NCBI RefSeq assembly: GCF_024502345.1 | Contig: NZ_JALDNN010000001.1 | Length of the DNA: 64,000 nt | Direction: 5' to 3' (one strand) | Source: Escherichia coli | Lineage (GTDB): Bacteria; Pseudomonadota; Gammaproteobacteria; Enterobacterales; Enterobacteriaceae | Shown: positions 55,124-64,000 of the stretch, one piece after another | How the letters are laid out: the number at the start of each line of letters is the position of its first letter | Numbering within the stretch: the first letter of the stretch is position 1 | Translations under genes and position numbers: made by a program | Notes under the pieces: generated by a model | Told to the model about the DNA's origin: nothing | Database searches by the model: none | The model's input: only the letters and a program-made list of their open reading frames with translations

Positions 55124-56479
55124 ATGTTTTCAGAAGTCATGCGTTATATTCTCGACCTCGGCCCTACGGTGATGCTTCCGATTGTCATCATTATTTTTTC
55201 TAAAATATTAGGCATGAAGGCAGGCGATTGCTTTAAAGCGGGTCTGCATATCGGGATTGGCTTTGTTGGCATTGGCCTTGTGATTGGCTTAATGCTGGAT
55301 TCCATTGGTCCGGTGGCGAAAGCGATGGCGGAAAATTTCGACCTGAATCTGCATGTGGTCGATGTCGGCTGGCCGGGCTCTTCACCAATGACCTGGGCGT
55401 CGCAAATTGCGCTGGTGGCGATTCCGATTGCGATTCTGGTTAACGTGGCGATGTTACTGACCCGTATGACGCGGGTGGTAAATGTTGATATCTGGAATAT
55501 CTGGCATATGACCTTCACCGGCGCGTTGCTGCATCTGGCAACCGGTTCATGGATGATAGGGATGGCAGGTGTGGTAATTCACGCGGCGTTTGTTTATAAG
55601 CTCGGCGACTGGTTTGCCCGCGATACCCGAAATTTCTTTGAGCTGGAAGGTATTGCTATTCCGCACGGTACGTCGGCGTATATGGGGCCGATTGCGGTGC
55701 TGGTCGATGCTATCATCGAGAAAATCCCAGGCGTTAACCGAATTAAATTTAGCGCCGACGATATTCAGCGCAAATTTGGTCCGTTTGGCGAGCCTGTCAC
55801 CGTGGGTTTTGTGATGGGGCTGATTATCGGCATCCTCGCGGGTTACGATGTCAAAGGTGTATTGCAGCTGGCGGTAAAAACAGCGGCGGTGATGCTGCTG
55901 ATGCCACGGGTGATTAAACCCATCATGGATGGTTTAACGCCCATCGCTAAGCAGGCCCGTAGTCGTTTACAGGCGAAGTTCGGCGGTCAGGAGTTCCTGA
56001 TTGGCCTGGATCCCGCATTACTGCTGGGGCATACGGCGGTGGTATCGGCAAGCCTGATTTTTATCCCGCTCACCATTTTAATTGCTGTTTGTGTGCCGGG
56101 TAATCAAGTGCTGCCGTTTGGCGATCTTGCCACTATCGGCTTCTTTGTGGCGATGGCGGTCGCGGTGCATCGTGGAAATCTGTTCCGCACCTTAATCTCG
56201 GGTGTCATCATTATGAGCATCACCCTGTGGATCGCGACGCAAACTATTGGTTTGCACACCCAACTGGCGGCTAATGCTGGGGCGTTAAAAGCCGTGGGTA
56301 TGGTGGCTTCAATGGATCAGGGCGGTTCTCCCATTACCTGGTTACTGATTCAGGTTTTCTCCCCGCAAAATATTCCCGGTTTCATTATTATCGGCGCAAT
56401 TTATCTTACCGGTATTTTCATGACCTGGCGTAGAGCGCGTGGCTTTATTAAACAAGAGAAAGTCGTTCTCGCAGAATAA
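55124..56479 (+). CDS. gatC: galactitol PTS EIIC
   Basis: 451 aa polytopic membrane protein. Confidence 0.9.
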   Translation: MFSEVMRYILDLGPTVMLPIVIIIFSKILGMKAGDCFKAGLHIGIGFVGIGLVIGLMLDSIGPVAKAMAENFDLNLHVVDVGWPGSSPMTWASQIALVAIPIAILVNVAMLLTRMTRVVNVDIWNIWHMTFTGALLHLATGSWMIGMAGVVIHAAFVYKLGDWFARDTRNFFELEGIAIPHGTSAYMGPIAVLVDAIIEKIPGVNRIKFSADDIQRKFGPFGEPVTVGFVMGLIIGILAGYDVKGVLQLAVKTAAVMLLMPRVIKPIMDGLTPIAKQARSRLQAKFGGQEFLIGLDPALLLGHTAVVSASLIFIPLTILIAVCVPGNQVLPFGDLATIGFFVAMAVAVHRGNLFRTLISGVIIMSITLWIATQTIGLHTQLAANAGALKAVGMVASMDQGGSPITWLLIQVFSPQNIPGFIIIGAIYLTGIFMTWRRARGFIKQEKVVLAE

Positions 56480-56526
56480 TTTTTACCTGAGGGGGAGGTT
56501 ATCCCCCTTAACAATCAGGAGTTTTT

Positions 56527-57567
56527 ATGAAATCAGTGGTGAATGATACTGATGGTATCGTGCGCGTTGCAGAAAGCGTCATTCCTGAAATTAAACATCA
56601 GGATGAGGTGCGGGTAAAAATTGCCAGCTCGGGCTTATGTGGTTCCGATTTACCCAGGATATTTAAAAATGGTGCACATTATTATCCAATAACGTTAGGC
56701 CATGAATTTAGCGGCTATATTGATGCGGTGGGATCCGGTGTTGATGATTTACATCCTGGCGATGCGGTTGCCTGTGTGCCGTTATTACCCTGTTTTACTT
56801 GTCCAGAGTGTCTGAAAGGGTTTTATTCCCAGTGCGCAAAATATGATTTTATTGGCTCACGGCGTGATGGTGGATTTGCCGAATATATTGTCGTTAAGCG
56901 GAAAAATGTCTTTGCTCTACCCACGGATATGCCTATTGAGGATGGGGCTTTTATTGAACCGATTACCGTTGGCCTGCATGCTTTTCATTTAGCGCAAGGT
57001 TGTGAGAATAAAAACGTTATTATTATTGGTGCCGGAACCATTGGCCTGCTGGCTATTCAGTGCGCTGTCGCGCTGGGAGCAAAGAGTGTGACGGCGATCG
57101 ACATTAGCTCAGAAAAACTGGCACTGGCAAAATCTTTCGGTGCGATGCAAACATTTAACAGTAGCGAAATGAGCGCGCCGCAAATGCAGGGCGTTTTACG
57201 CGAGCTGCGCTTTAATCAGCTTATCCTCGATACGGCTGGCGTACCGCAAACTGTCGAACTGGCGGTAGAGATTGCCGGTCCTCATGCCCAACTGGCGCTG
57301 GTGGGGACGTTGCATCAGGATCTGCATTTAACATCGGCAACGTTTGGCAAAATATTGCGTAAAGAGCTGACGGTTATCGGCAGTTGGATGAACTACTCCA
57401 GCCCTTGGCCGGGGCAGGAGTGGGAAACGGCGAGCCGGTTGCTGACAGAACGTAAGTTAAGTCTGGAGCCATTAATCGCTCACCGTGGAAGCTTTGAAAG
57501 CTTCGCCCAGGCGGTGCGTGACATCGCTCGTAATGCTATGCCGGGCAAAGTGTTGCTCATTCCCTGA
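56527..57567 (+). CDS. gatD: galactitol-1-phosphate 5-dehydrogenase (Zn-ADH family)
   Basis: 346 aa; GHEFSG zinc-binding motif, GAGTIG NAD motif. Confidence 0.9.
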   Translation: MKSVVNDTDGIVRVAESVIPEIKHQDEVRVKIASSGLCGSDLPRIFKNGAHYYPITLGHEFSGYIDAVGSGVDDLHPGDAVACVPLLPCFTCPECLKGFYSQCAKYDFIGSRRDGGFAEYIVVKRKNVFALPTDMPIEDGAFIEPITVGLHAFHLAQGCENKNVIIIGAGTIGLLAIQCAVALGAKSVTAIDISSEKLALAKSFGAMQTFNSSEMSAPQMQGVLRELRFNQLILDTAGVPQTVELAVEIAGPHAQLALVGTLHQDLHLTSATFGKILRKELTVIGSWMNYSSPWPGQEWETASRLLTERKLSLEPLIAHRGSFESFAQAVRDIARNAMPGKVLLIP

Positions 57568-57672
57568 AACCGCGGGCCAGCGTGATGCTGGCCCGGTATT
57601 GTGCAAAACAGATCATTCACCAATGGTCCCCCTTCGTTTACACTAGCCACAATTGAATATGGGTAAATGACG

Positions 57673-58446
57673 ATGAATTCATTCGAGCGAAGGAATAAGA
57701 TCATCCAATTAGTGAATGAACAGGGAACCGTGCTTGTTCAGGATCTGGCGGGAGTATTTGCTGCCTCGGAAGCGACAATCCGTGCCGATTTGCGCTTTCT
57801 CGAACAAAAAGGCGTGGTTACGCGCTTTCATGGCGGTGCGGCGAAAATAATGTCCGGTAATAGTGAAACCGAGACCCAGGAAGTCGGGTTTAAAGAGCGA
57901 TTTCAGCTCGCCAGCGCGCCAAAAAACAGAATAGCGCAGGCGGCAGTCAAAATGATCCACGAAGGGATGACCGTTATTCTCGACAGCGGAAGTACGACAA
58001 TGCTTATCGCCGAAGGATTAATGACCGCCAAAAATATCACGGTGATTACCAACAGTCTCCCGGCAGCGTTTGCCCTTTCCGAAAATAAAGACATTACTCT
58101 GGTCGTCTGTGGTGGCACGGTCCGCCATAAAACGCGCTCGATGCATGGTTCCATTGCCGAGCGTTCATTGCAGGATATTAATGCCGATTTAATGTTTGTC
58201 GGTGCTGATGGTATTGATGCGGTTAATGGTATTACGACCTTTAATGAAGGTTATTCGATTAGCGGTGCGATGGTCACCGCCGCTAATAAAGTGATTGCCG
58301 TTCTCGATTCATCGAAATTTAATCGTCGCGGTTTTAATCAGGTACTGCCAATCGAAAAAATTGACATTATTATTACCGATGATGCTGTGTCAGAGGTGGA
58401 TAAACTGGCATTGCAGAAGACACGGGTAAAATTAATTACGGTGTAG
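57673..58446 (+). CDS. gatR: DeoR-family repressor of gat operon, uninterrupted
   Basis: DeoR HTH + sugar-binding domain; ~257 aa single ORF. Confidence 0.85.
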   Translation: MNSFERRNKIIQLVNEQGTVLVQDLAGVFAASEATIRADLRFLEQKGVVTRFHGGAAKIMSGNSETETQEVGFKERFQLASAPKNRIAQAAVKMIHEGMTVILDSGSTTMLIAEGLMTAKNITVITNSLPAAFALSENKDITLVVCGGTVRHKTRSMHGSIAERSLQDINADLMFVGADGIDAVNGITTFNEGYSISGAMVTAANKVIAVLDSSKFNRRGFNQVLPIEKIDIIITDDAVSEVDKLALQKTRVKLITV

Positions 58447-58458
58447 TATTGTTCTGTA

Positions 58459-58490
58459 TGCCGGATAAGGTGTTTACACCGCATCCGGCA
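58459..58490. repeat. REP element
   Basis: TGCCGGATAAGGTGTTTACACCGCATCCGGCA. Confidence 0.7.
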
Positions 58491-58527
58491 TTACGGATTC
58501 TCTCTGGTTCAAGAGAGAATAGTTTGA

Positions 58528-59427
58528 TTAACGCAATAATGGGCAATCTGGTGGTAATCGACAACGCAACGCCGCCGGAAGTATTTCAATATGGAAGTTT
58601 TGCCCACTCAACGGTTCGCCATCAAGATTAAAAGTGATTTCGTGTGGGGCTTGTATATCAAACCACGACGAAGCGCCTTCGATAATATTCGGGTTATCTT
58701 CGTCAGATTTTAAGGTTGATACGAGAGCTGGAAGAATTTCATCGCCGGTAAAAATGCGCAGTTGCAGCAAGCCATCGTTAATTAACGCGTTCGGACACAA
58801 TTGCTGACCGCCACCGGCCTGACGCCCGTTACCAATACCAATGACCAGGGCGTCACCTTGCCAGTGAAAGTTTTCACCGTGGATTTCACAACGGTCCGGT
58901 TGCAGAGTATCCATGCGCATTAAGCCATGAATGATATAAGAGACGCCACCCAGCGCGGCTTTTAATTTTTCCGGCGTTTCTGTGGTAATACGCGTCCCAA
59001 ATCCGCCTGTCGCCATATTAATAAAACAGGTTTGTTTGTTGACCTGCGCCATATCTATCGCAATGGCGTTACCGGCAATTGCCAGTTTCAGCGCCTTATC
59101 CAGTGCCTCAGGAATCCCTACACTGGTGGCAAAATCATTGGCGGTTCCTAATGGCAAAATTCCCAGCGCGGGTATGTTATCCCCCTCACACTGAATCAAC
59201 GCCGTAGAAACTTCATTAATGGTGCCATCGCCACCACCGGCAATCACCGTTGCGACGCCCAACTTCCGGGCCTCCTCTACATATCGTGCGGCATCGCCTT
59301 TCTCCCAGGTGACCCGCACATGGATCGTCATTCCTTCCTCACGCAACAGCATAATTGCTTCGCGCAATGGTAAATTGTCAGTACTTTTGCCATTAAGAAT
59401 CAGTAAGCTGGCGGGAAATTCTGCCAT
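58528..59427 (-). CDS. yegS: lipid kinase YegS (DAGK_cat family)
   Basis: 299 aa; GGDGT motif. Confidence 0.9.
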   Translation of the reverse strand: MAEFPASLLILNGKSTDNLPLREAIMLLREEGMTIHVRVTWEKGDAARYVEEARKLGVATVIAGGGDGTINEVSTALIQCEGDNIPALGILPLGTANDFATSVGIPEALDKALKLAIAGNAIAIDMAQVNKQTCFINMATGGFGTRITTETPEKLKAALGGVSYIIHGLMRMDTLQPDRCEIHGENFHWQGDALVIGIGNGRQAGGGQQLCPNALINDGLLQLRIFTGDEILPALVSTLKSDEDNPNIIEGASSWFDIQAPHEITFNLDGEPLSGQNFHIEILPAALRCRLPPDCPLLR

Positions 59428-59840
59428 GATCGTATGTGCCTTTATGATTGGTCTGTAGATAGTGTAGAGCAGAAAAGAAAAGGTGGAGTCAGAACAGGAT
59501 GAAAGTCGGAGGATAAAAAGTCAGTTCAAGTATGGGGGATTCAGTGGTTACCACCAGGAGCTTGCAATGGGAACAGCGAATATTAACGGTAGCCACCGAT
59601 AAATTTCAAAAAAGAGCATATGCCTAATATTCAACCAAACAGTGGCATCTTAAATATACTATTCCAAATATATTAAAGTCCCATGGAGTTACCTGGAAAG
59701 GGCCTTCATGTCTGTAATTCCTACTTATGTAGGAAATGTTGTACAGAACATTTATTATAATCCTATTCAAATATAATAATCAGCCATTATTATATTTAAA
59801 CACTAGAGAGTGTCGTTGGTATTTAATGGGGAAAGGTGAG

Positions 59841-60158
59841 ATGAAAAAGATAGCTGCTATATCATTAATTAGTATTTTTCTTATGTCTGGTTGTGCTGTG
59901 CATAATGATGAGACAAGTATCGGTAAATTTGGTCTTGCATATAAAAGTAATATTCAGCGTAAACTCGATAACCAATACTACACCGAAGCCGAAGCTTCTT
60001 TAGCCAGGGGCAGAATATCTGGTGCAGAAAATATAGTAAAAAATGATGCAGCCCATTTCTGTGTTACTCAGGGCAAAAAAATGCAGATAGTTGACCTGAA
60101 GACAGAAGGTGCAGGATTACATGGCGTCGCTCGTCTGACATTCAAATGTGGAGAGTGA
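59841..60158 (+). CDS. yegR: small lipoprotein YegR
   Basis: ORF trimmed to MKKIAAISLISIFLMSGC lipobox (105 aa). Confidence 0.75.
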   Translation: MKKIAAISLISIFLMSGCAVHNDETSIGKFGLAYKSNIQRKLDNQYYTEAEASLARGRISGAENIVKNDAAHFCVTQGKKMQIVDLKTEGAGLHGVARLTFKCGE

Positions 60159-60316
60159 GAATATTTTTTGGTAAGCGTCAAACATGCGCGTTCTGGTTGT
60201 GCTTAGCCGGAACCTGTGCGAGCACGATGCCGTTACGTGAAAGGCATCGTGCTATGAAGGGAGATTCTATCGATGTGGTCAATGGAAGACGGTGGCCAGG
60301 GATAGGGCTTATGCAT

Positions 60317-60343
60317 AAAAAATAAGCCCGTGTAAGGGAGATT
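60317..60343. other. P2 attachment core AAAAAATAAGCCCGTGTAAGGGAGATT (attL)
   Basis: exact 27-mer match to the P2 att core as I recall it; located 80 bp from int 3' end. Confidence 0.85.
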
Positions 60344-60422
60344 TAGGGTGTCACCAGTAGGGGCTTTCAACGGTACAATGCGGGTTTGAGCGGCATAAAT
60401 TACCACTGAAAGCCCTTAAACG

Positions 60423-61436
60423 TTACTCTACTGTGGACACTGTGTGGACACTCTCGGCCTCAGTACCACCTCTTAGCGGATTAAGAGAAATGGCGTCCTG
60501 AAGGTACTCTGGCGCAAAATGAGCGTAAACCATAGTTTGCTCAATCCGCGTGTGACCTAGTATCCGTTGTAGCGTGATAATACTTCCTCCATTAATCATG
60601 AAATGAGTGGCAAAGCTGTGCCTTAGTGCATGTGTGGCTTGCCCCATTGGCAAATCCGGTTTTATTGCTTTCATTGTTCGTCTGAAGCGAGGGTAATCAG
60701 CATCAGGGAATAAAAAACCTCGTTTGTTATCCGCGATCATTTTGGCAACAGCCTCTGAGATCGGGACGGTGCGTGGTTTGTTTGTTTTCGTTTTAACAAA
60801 CGTGACGCGGTTATGGATGATATTTTCTGCTTTCAAACGAGCTGCTTCTCCCCAACGCGCTCCTGTACTCAGGCAAAGAATCGCAATCTTTTTATTGTCG
60901 CCGTCAAGTGCTGCAAGCAGTAAGGCAATTTCTTCCTGTGTGAGATAGCCTGTTTCTGGTTTTTCCTCCTTAAGCCTCTTTGTCCCTCTGATAGGGTGCT
61001 CACCAAAGAATAACTCCGCTTCAATCAGGGCTGTAAACATGCCGCTAATACATGTTAAATCACGATTGATACTCGAAGGTTTAATACCCTGACTTCTTCG
61101 GGTGGCGCAGTACTGGCTGATAAGGGATTTCGTGATTTGAAATGCGCATGGGTCATTCGTTATTTTTGTGAAGATTTCAATTTTTCCAAGATTAGATTTC
61201 CCATGCTCTTCGTGTTTACCCTTTAAATCCCACCAGATCTGTGTCAGTTCCGACAGACGTCGTTTGTCTGTTGGTTTTGATAGCCATTCTTTATTGTGGT
61301 GGTTGTACAACGTGTATTTTTCGAAAGCGACAGCTTCGCTTTTCTTATCAAATTTCCTACGGATGCGTTTTCCGTTACGTCCAGTAGGGCGGATGTCCAC
61401 TTCATATCGACCATCATCGAGTTTTTTGATTGCCAT
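60423..61436 (-). CDS. int: P2-type tyrosine integrase
   Basis: 337 aa; C-terminal HxxR...Y catalytic motifs (HALRHSFATHF...YAHF). Confidence 0.95.
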   Translation of the reverse strand: MAIKKLDDGRYEVDIRPTGRNGKRIRRKFDKKSEAVAFEKYTLYNHHNKEWLSKPTDKRRLSELTQIWWDLKGKHEEHGKSNLGKIEIFTKITNDPCAFQITKSLISQYCATRRSQGIKPSSINRDLTCISGMFTALIEAELFFGEHPIRGTKRLKEEKPETGYLTQEEIALLLAALDGDNKKIAILCLSTGARWGEAARLKAENIIHNRVTFVKTKTNKPRTVPISEAVAKMIADNKRGFLFPDADYPRFRRTMKAIKPDLPMGQATHALRHSFATHFMINGGSIITLQRILGHTRIEQTMVYAHFAPEYLQDAISLNPLRGGTEAESVHTVSTVE

Positions 61437-61551
61437 CAGAAAACCCTCCGAGTGGTACTTTTTTTTGCTACTACTAATCGCTTTTTTCGTGGTGGCTGAA
61501 ATTTAGCCACCAATAGTAGGCACTTGTGATGAATATATTCACGATAAATTG

Positions 61552-61851
61552 TTAACCAGTCTTTTGACCGGAGTGGGGCGACGTTGTTTCGTTTTGCCCA
61601 AAGTGTGCGAGAGCGGGCGCAATTTGCCCGGCTTCTGGAGCTACCTGATCAGTCATGAACCACAAAGTATATTTAGTAAATCTAGGATGTTGTAAGACCT
61701 TCATTATGGCTTCAACTCCAGCGTTTTTTGACCGGCTCTCATAGCTCGAAAGTGAGCTGTAGGCTACACCAGTTAATTCACTGAATTCTTTACGGTTTAA
61801 CCTTTCAGATTCACGGATTAGCTTCAACTTCTCCGAAACGTCTATTGACAT
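61552..61851 (-). CDS. C: P2-type immunity repressor C
   Basis: 99 aa from MSIDVSEKLKLIRESE; HTH; divergent from cox. Confidence 0.85.
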   Translation of the reverse strand: MSIDVSEKLKLIRESERLNRKEFSELTGVAYSSLSSYESRSKNAGVEAIMKVLQHPRFTKYTLWFMTDQVAPEAGQIAPALAHFGQNETTSPHSGQKTG

Positions 61852-61972
61852 AATTACTCCGATTGCGTAATTTCTTGCTGATAGTGTGAAATGTTGTGCT
61901 TCTGGAGTTATCCTTTTAGGCAATAATTAGCCATTAGGAGCCATTAGAAGCACTAAGGGAGAATCGTAGCAG

Positions 61973-62248
61973 ATGAATAGACAGCTTGTAAGCGTGACTG
62001 ATGCCGTGCCTTATCAGGAGTTTGCAAAACTCATTGGTAAAACTCCAAGAGCTGTAAGGGGCATGATTGAGAAAGGGAAATTACCAGTTATTGAGATTAC
62101 TGACCCTCAGTCAGTATCGGGGCGTGCTGGTGAATATTGGGTATACCTTCCGGCATGGAATAACGGACTAAAACTGGCTTATGAAAGCCGTCCTAAAGAG
62201 ATTCGTGACGGCTGGTTGATGTGGTTAGGTCTCGGTGAACCACGTTAA
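61973..62248 (+). CDS. cox: Cox excisionase/early repressor
   Basis: 91 aa, divergent from C. Confidence 0.85.
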   Translation: MNRQLVSVTDAVPYQEFAKLIGKTPRAVRGMIEKGKLPVIEITDPQSVSGRAGEYWVYLPAWNNGLKLAYESRPKEIRDGWLMWLGLGEPR

Positions 62249-62258
62249 GGAGAACCGT

Positions 62259-62429
62259 ATGAATGAGCCGCGTTGTATTGCTCAGTTATTGCGTAACGAA
62301 AGCCCCAGGGCGATTGACTTCACCATCACCCACGGGAAGGGACGCAAGGGAATCATTATCCGCACCAAAAAACAGAGTCCGTTAAAGAAGGCTCTGACCT
62401 TTCTGAAAAGCCGGAGGGTCTGGAAATGA
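62259..62429 (+). CDS. P2 orf78-like small protein
   Basis: 56 aa from MNEPRCIAQ; position between cox and B. Confidence 0.6.
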   Translation: MNEPRCIAQLLRNESPRAIDFTITHGKGRKGIIIRTKKQSPLKKALTFLKSRRVWK

Positions 62430-62926
62430 CAGTGATGACGCTCAATCTCGTTGAAAAACAGCCAGCAGCTATGCGCCGGATAATTGGTAAGCATCTTGCC
62501 GTCCCTCGCTGGCAGGAGACATGTGATTATTATAATCAGATGATGGAACGTGAACGGCTAACGGTTTGCTTCCATGCGCAGTTAAAACAACGTCACGCAA
62601 CGATGCGTTTCGAAGAAATGAACGATGTCGAACGTGAACGGCTGGTTTGTGCAATTGATGAATTGCGTGGGGCATTCTCAAAACGCCGTCAGGTCGGTGC
62701 AAGTGAGTATGCATATATTAGTTTTTTAACAGTCAGTCAGCGTCGTACTTTATTTATGCATGCCGGATTGACTGAAAAAGAATTCAACCAGCCATACTGG
62801 CGAATTAATGAAGAATCATGTTACTGGCGTGATGCTTTATTCCGTGCATTACGTGAATTATTCAGCCTGTTTGAGTATGCACCGACAATTCTGACGTCGG
62901 TAAAACCAGAGCAATATCTGCATTAA
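62426..62926 (+). CDS. B: P2 replication protein B (helicase loader)
   Basis: 166 aa in P2 order. Confidence 0.8.
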   Translation: MTVMTLNLVEKQPAAMRRIIGKHLAVPRWQETCDYYNQMMERERLTVCFHAQLKQRHATMRFEEMNDVERERLVCAIDELRGAFSKRRQVGASEYAYISFLTVSQRRTLFMHAGLTEKEFNQPYWRINEESCYWRDALFRALRELFSLFEYAPTILTSVKPEQYLH

Positions 62927-62989
62927 GTAATTAACCAGAGTTTTTAACGCACTTAATTGTGCGGGGCTTCTTTTTGCCTGGAGAAAGTC

Positions 62990-63214
62990 ATGCATACAGT
63001 TTCTGAAAATCAGTGCGGTAAATACGCATTACTGCTGCAACAGGCCAGAACCGAAGCACAGGCCGACGCAGCGACGCGCTTTTCTTCTCATCTTGACGCC
63101 ATGATTCGCCACATCACAAAGGCGGAGTTATCCCGCGTGGAGATAGTCGAGCTGCTCAGTCAGGAGTCGGAAAAATTTCACAATATCGGATTGTCTCGCG
63201 GGGAGGTACTTTGA
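62990..63214 (+). CDS. P2 orf80-like
   Basis: small ORF in P2 early operon; start uncertain. Confidence 0.55.
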   Translation: MHTVSENQCGKYALLLQQARTEAQADAATRFSSHLDAMIRHITKAELSRVEIVELLSQESEKFHNIGLSRGEVL

Positions 63215-63513
63215 TGTCCTGTTCTCATTCAGTTGTATTACTGAATAACGCCTTAAAAATCGCCGTTATGGAAAATGGTGATTTGTCTCTTATTCAACTT
63301 GGTCTTGATAAAGAAAAACGCGACATCACTGAATCTGTTATCGCGATTTATCAGAATGAATTAAACCTCCTGTCTGATGTGGTCAATTTACTTGTTAAAC
63401 GCGCTGTATTCCACAAGCAAATTTCCTCAGTGGATGAACTGACAAAATTAACGACAGAACTTGCCTGTTATTGCGCTGATGTATCCAGGAAACTTAACGA
63501 TAAAAGGAGCTGA
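63211..63513 (+). CDS. P2 orf81-like
   Basis: 100 aa, overlapping start/stop with neighbours. Confidence 0.6.
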   Translation: MMSCSHSVVLLNNALKIAVMENGDLSLIQLGLDKEKRDITESVIAIYQNELNLLSDVVNLLVKRAVFHKQISSVDELTKLTTELACYCADVSRKLNDKRS

Positions 63514-63515
63514 TA

Positions 63516-63740
63516 ATGCCGGACAACGTAGATTTTATTCAGGAACAACAGGCTGAATTACTGGAGCGCCAGATTAACGCGGCAAGGGGTAAACATTGCG
63601 GTGTTTCTGCGCTGGTTTGCGAAGAGTGTGATGCGCCAATACCTGCTGCCCGTCGTGCGGCTTATCCGTCAGCCACGCGTTGTGTTTCCTGTCAGTCAGT
63701 CTTTGAAGCAAAAAACAAACATTACCGGAGAACGGCATGA
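63516..63740 (+). CDS. TraR/DksA-family C4 zinc-finger protein (P2 orf82-like)
   Basis: CEECDAPIP...CVSC four-Cys motif; 74 aa. Confidence 0.75.
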   Translation: MPDNVDFIQEQQAELLERQINAARGKHCGVSALVCEECDAPIPAARRAAYPSATRCVSCQSVFEAKNKHYRRTA

Positions 63741-64000
63741 GTATTCGTATTGAAATTGGCGAACGTTATGTCGTTACCAGTGACAGCTTTCAGTTTATTC
63801 TCCACGAGAAAAAGAGAGCGGAAAGCGGTAAAAACGCCGGTCAGGAATGGCTGGCGGTGGTTGGTTATTACCCGAAATTAAGCCAGCTCGTTTCCGGCCT
63901 GATGCATCACGATATTCTGACCGGAAGCGCAAAATCTTTTGCTGATTTAAACGCGCAGGTTGAGCAACTCAGCAAGCGTTGTTCTGAGGCTTTTGGCTCA
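63737..64000 (+). CDS. P2 orf83-like (3' end beyond window)
   Basis: ORF starting MSIRIEIGERYVV, runs to window edge. Confidence 0.55.
   Translation, partial: MSIRIEIGERYVVTSDSFQFILHEKKRAESGKNAGQEWLAVVGYYPKLSQLVSGLMHHDILTGSAKSFADLNAQVEQLSKRCSEAFGS

Larger units (their letters stand above)
60317..64000 (+). mobile_element. P2-like prophage, attL-proximal end (continues beyond window)
   Basis: P2 27-bp att core at 60317..60343, then int, C, cox, orf78, B, orf80-83 in P2 order. Confidence 0.9.

Overview
This window is an Escherichia coli-type chromosomal segment, colinear (reverse-complemented) with the K-12 yohC–gat region, but it is not K-12. Gene order: yohC, pbpG, dld, bglX, osmF-yehYXW (+ small gene yohO), mlrA, btsSR (yehUT), yehS, yehR, yehQPML operon, a tandem pair of zor/orz-like type I toxin–antitoxin modules, yehK, yehI, molR, metG, mrp, yehEDCBA fimbrial operon, rcnB-rcnA/rcnR, an AT-rich islet, TPP riboswitch-thiMD, yegXWVUT, fbaB, gatYZABCD-gatR, yegS, yegR, then the attL end of a P2-like prophage (int, C, cox, orf78, B, orf80-83) running off the window. 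All gene and family names are from my own recognition of the translated proteins and DNA motifs; no database search was run. Main observations: (1) two tandem 29-codon hydrophobic toxin ORFs with divergent antisense sRNA candidates, missed by the ORF track; (2) the yeh fimbrial operon is hit by IS1 (in yehC) and IS903 (in yehB), both with target-site duplications; (3) three in-frame premature stop codons in otherwise full-length genes (yehB TAG, yehM TAA, yegX TAA), suggesting local gene decay; (4) a low-GC ~2.3 kb islet between rcnR and thiM encoding two small secreted Cys-pair proteins and a small HTH-like protein; (5) the tightly coupled yehLMPQ operon (MoxR AAA+ ATPase, large unknown protein, VWA protein, SWIM zinc-finger protein) is functionally uncharacterised and is my best candidate for an undescribed system, by inference only; (6) the P2 27-bp att core is present at the prophage junction next to yegR.
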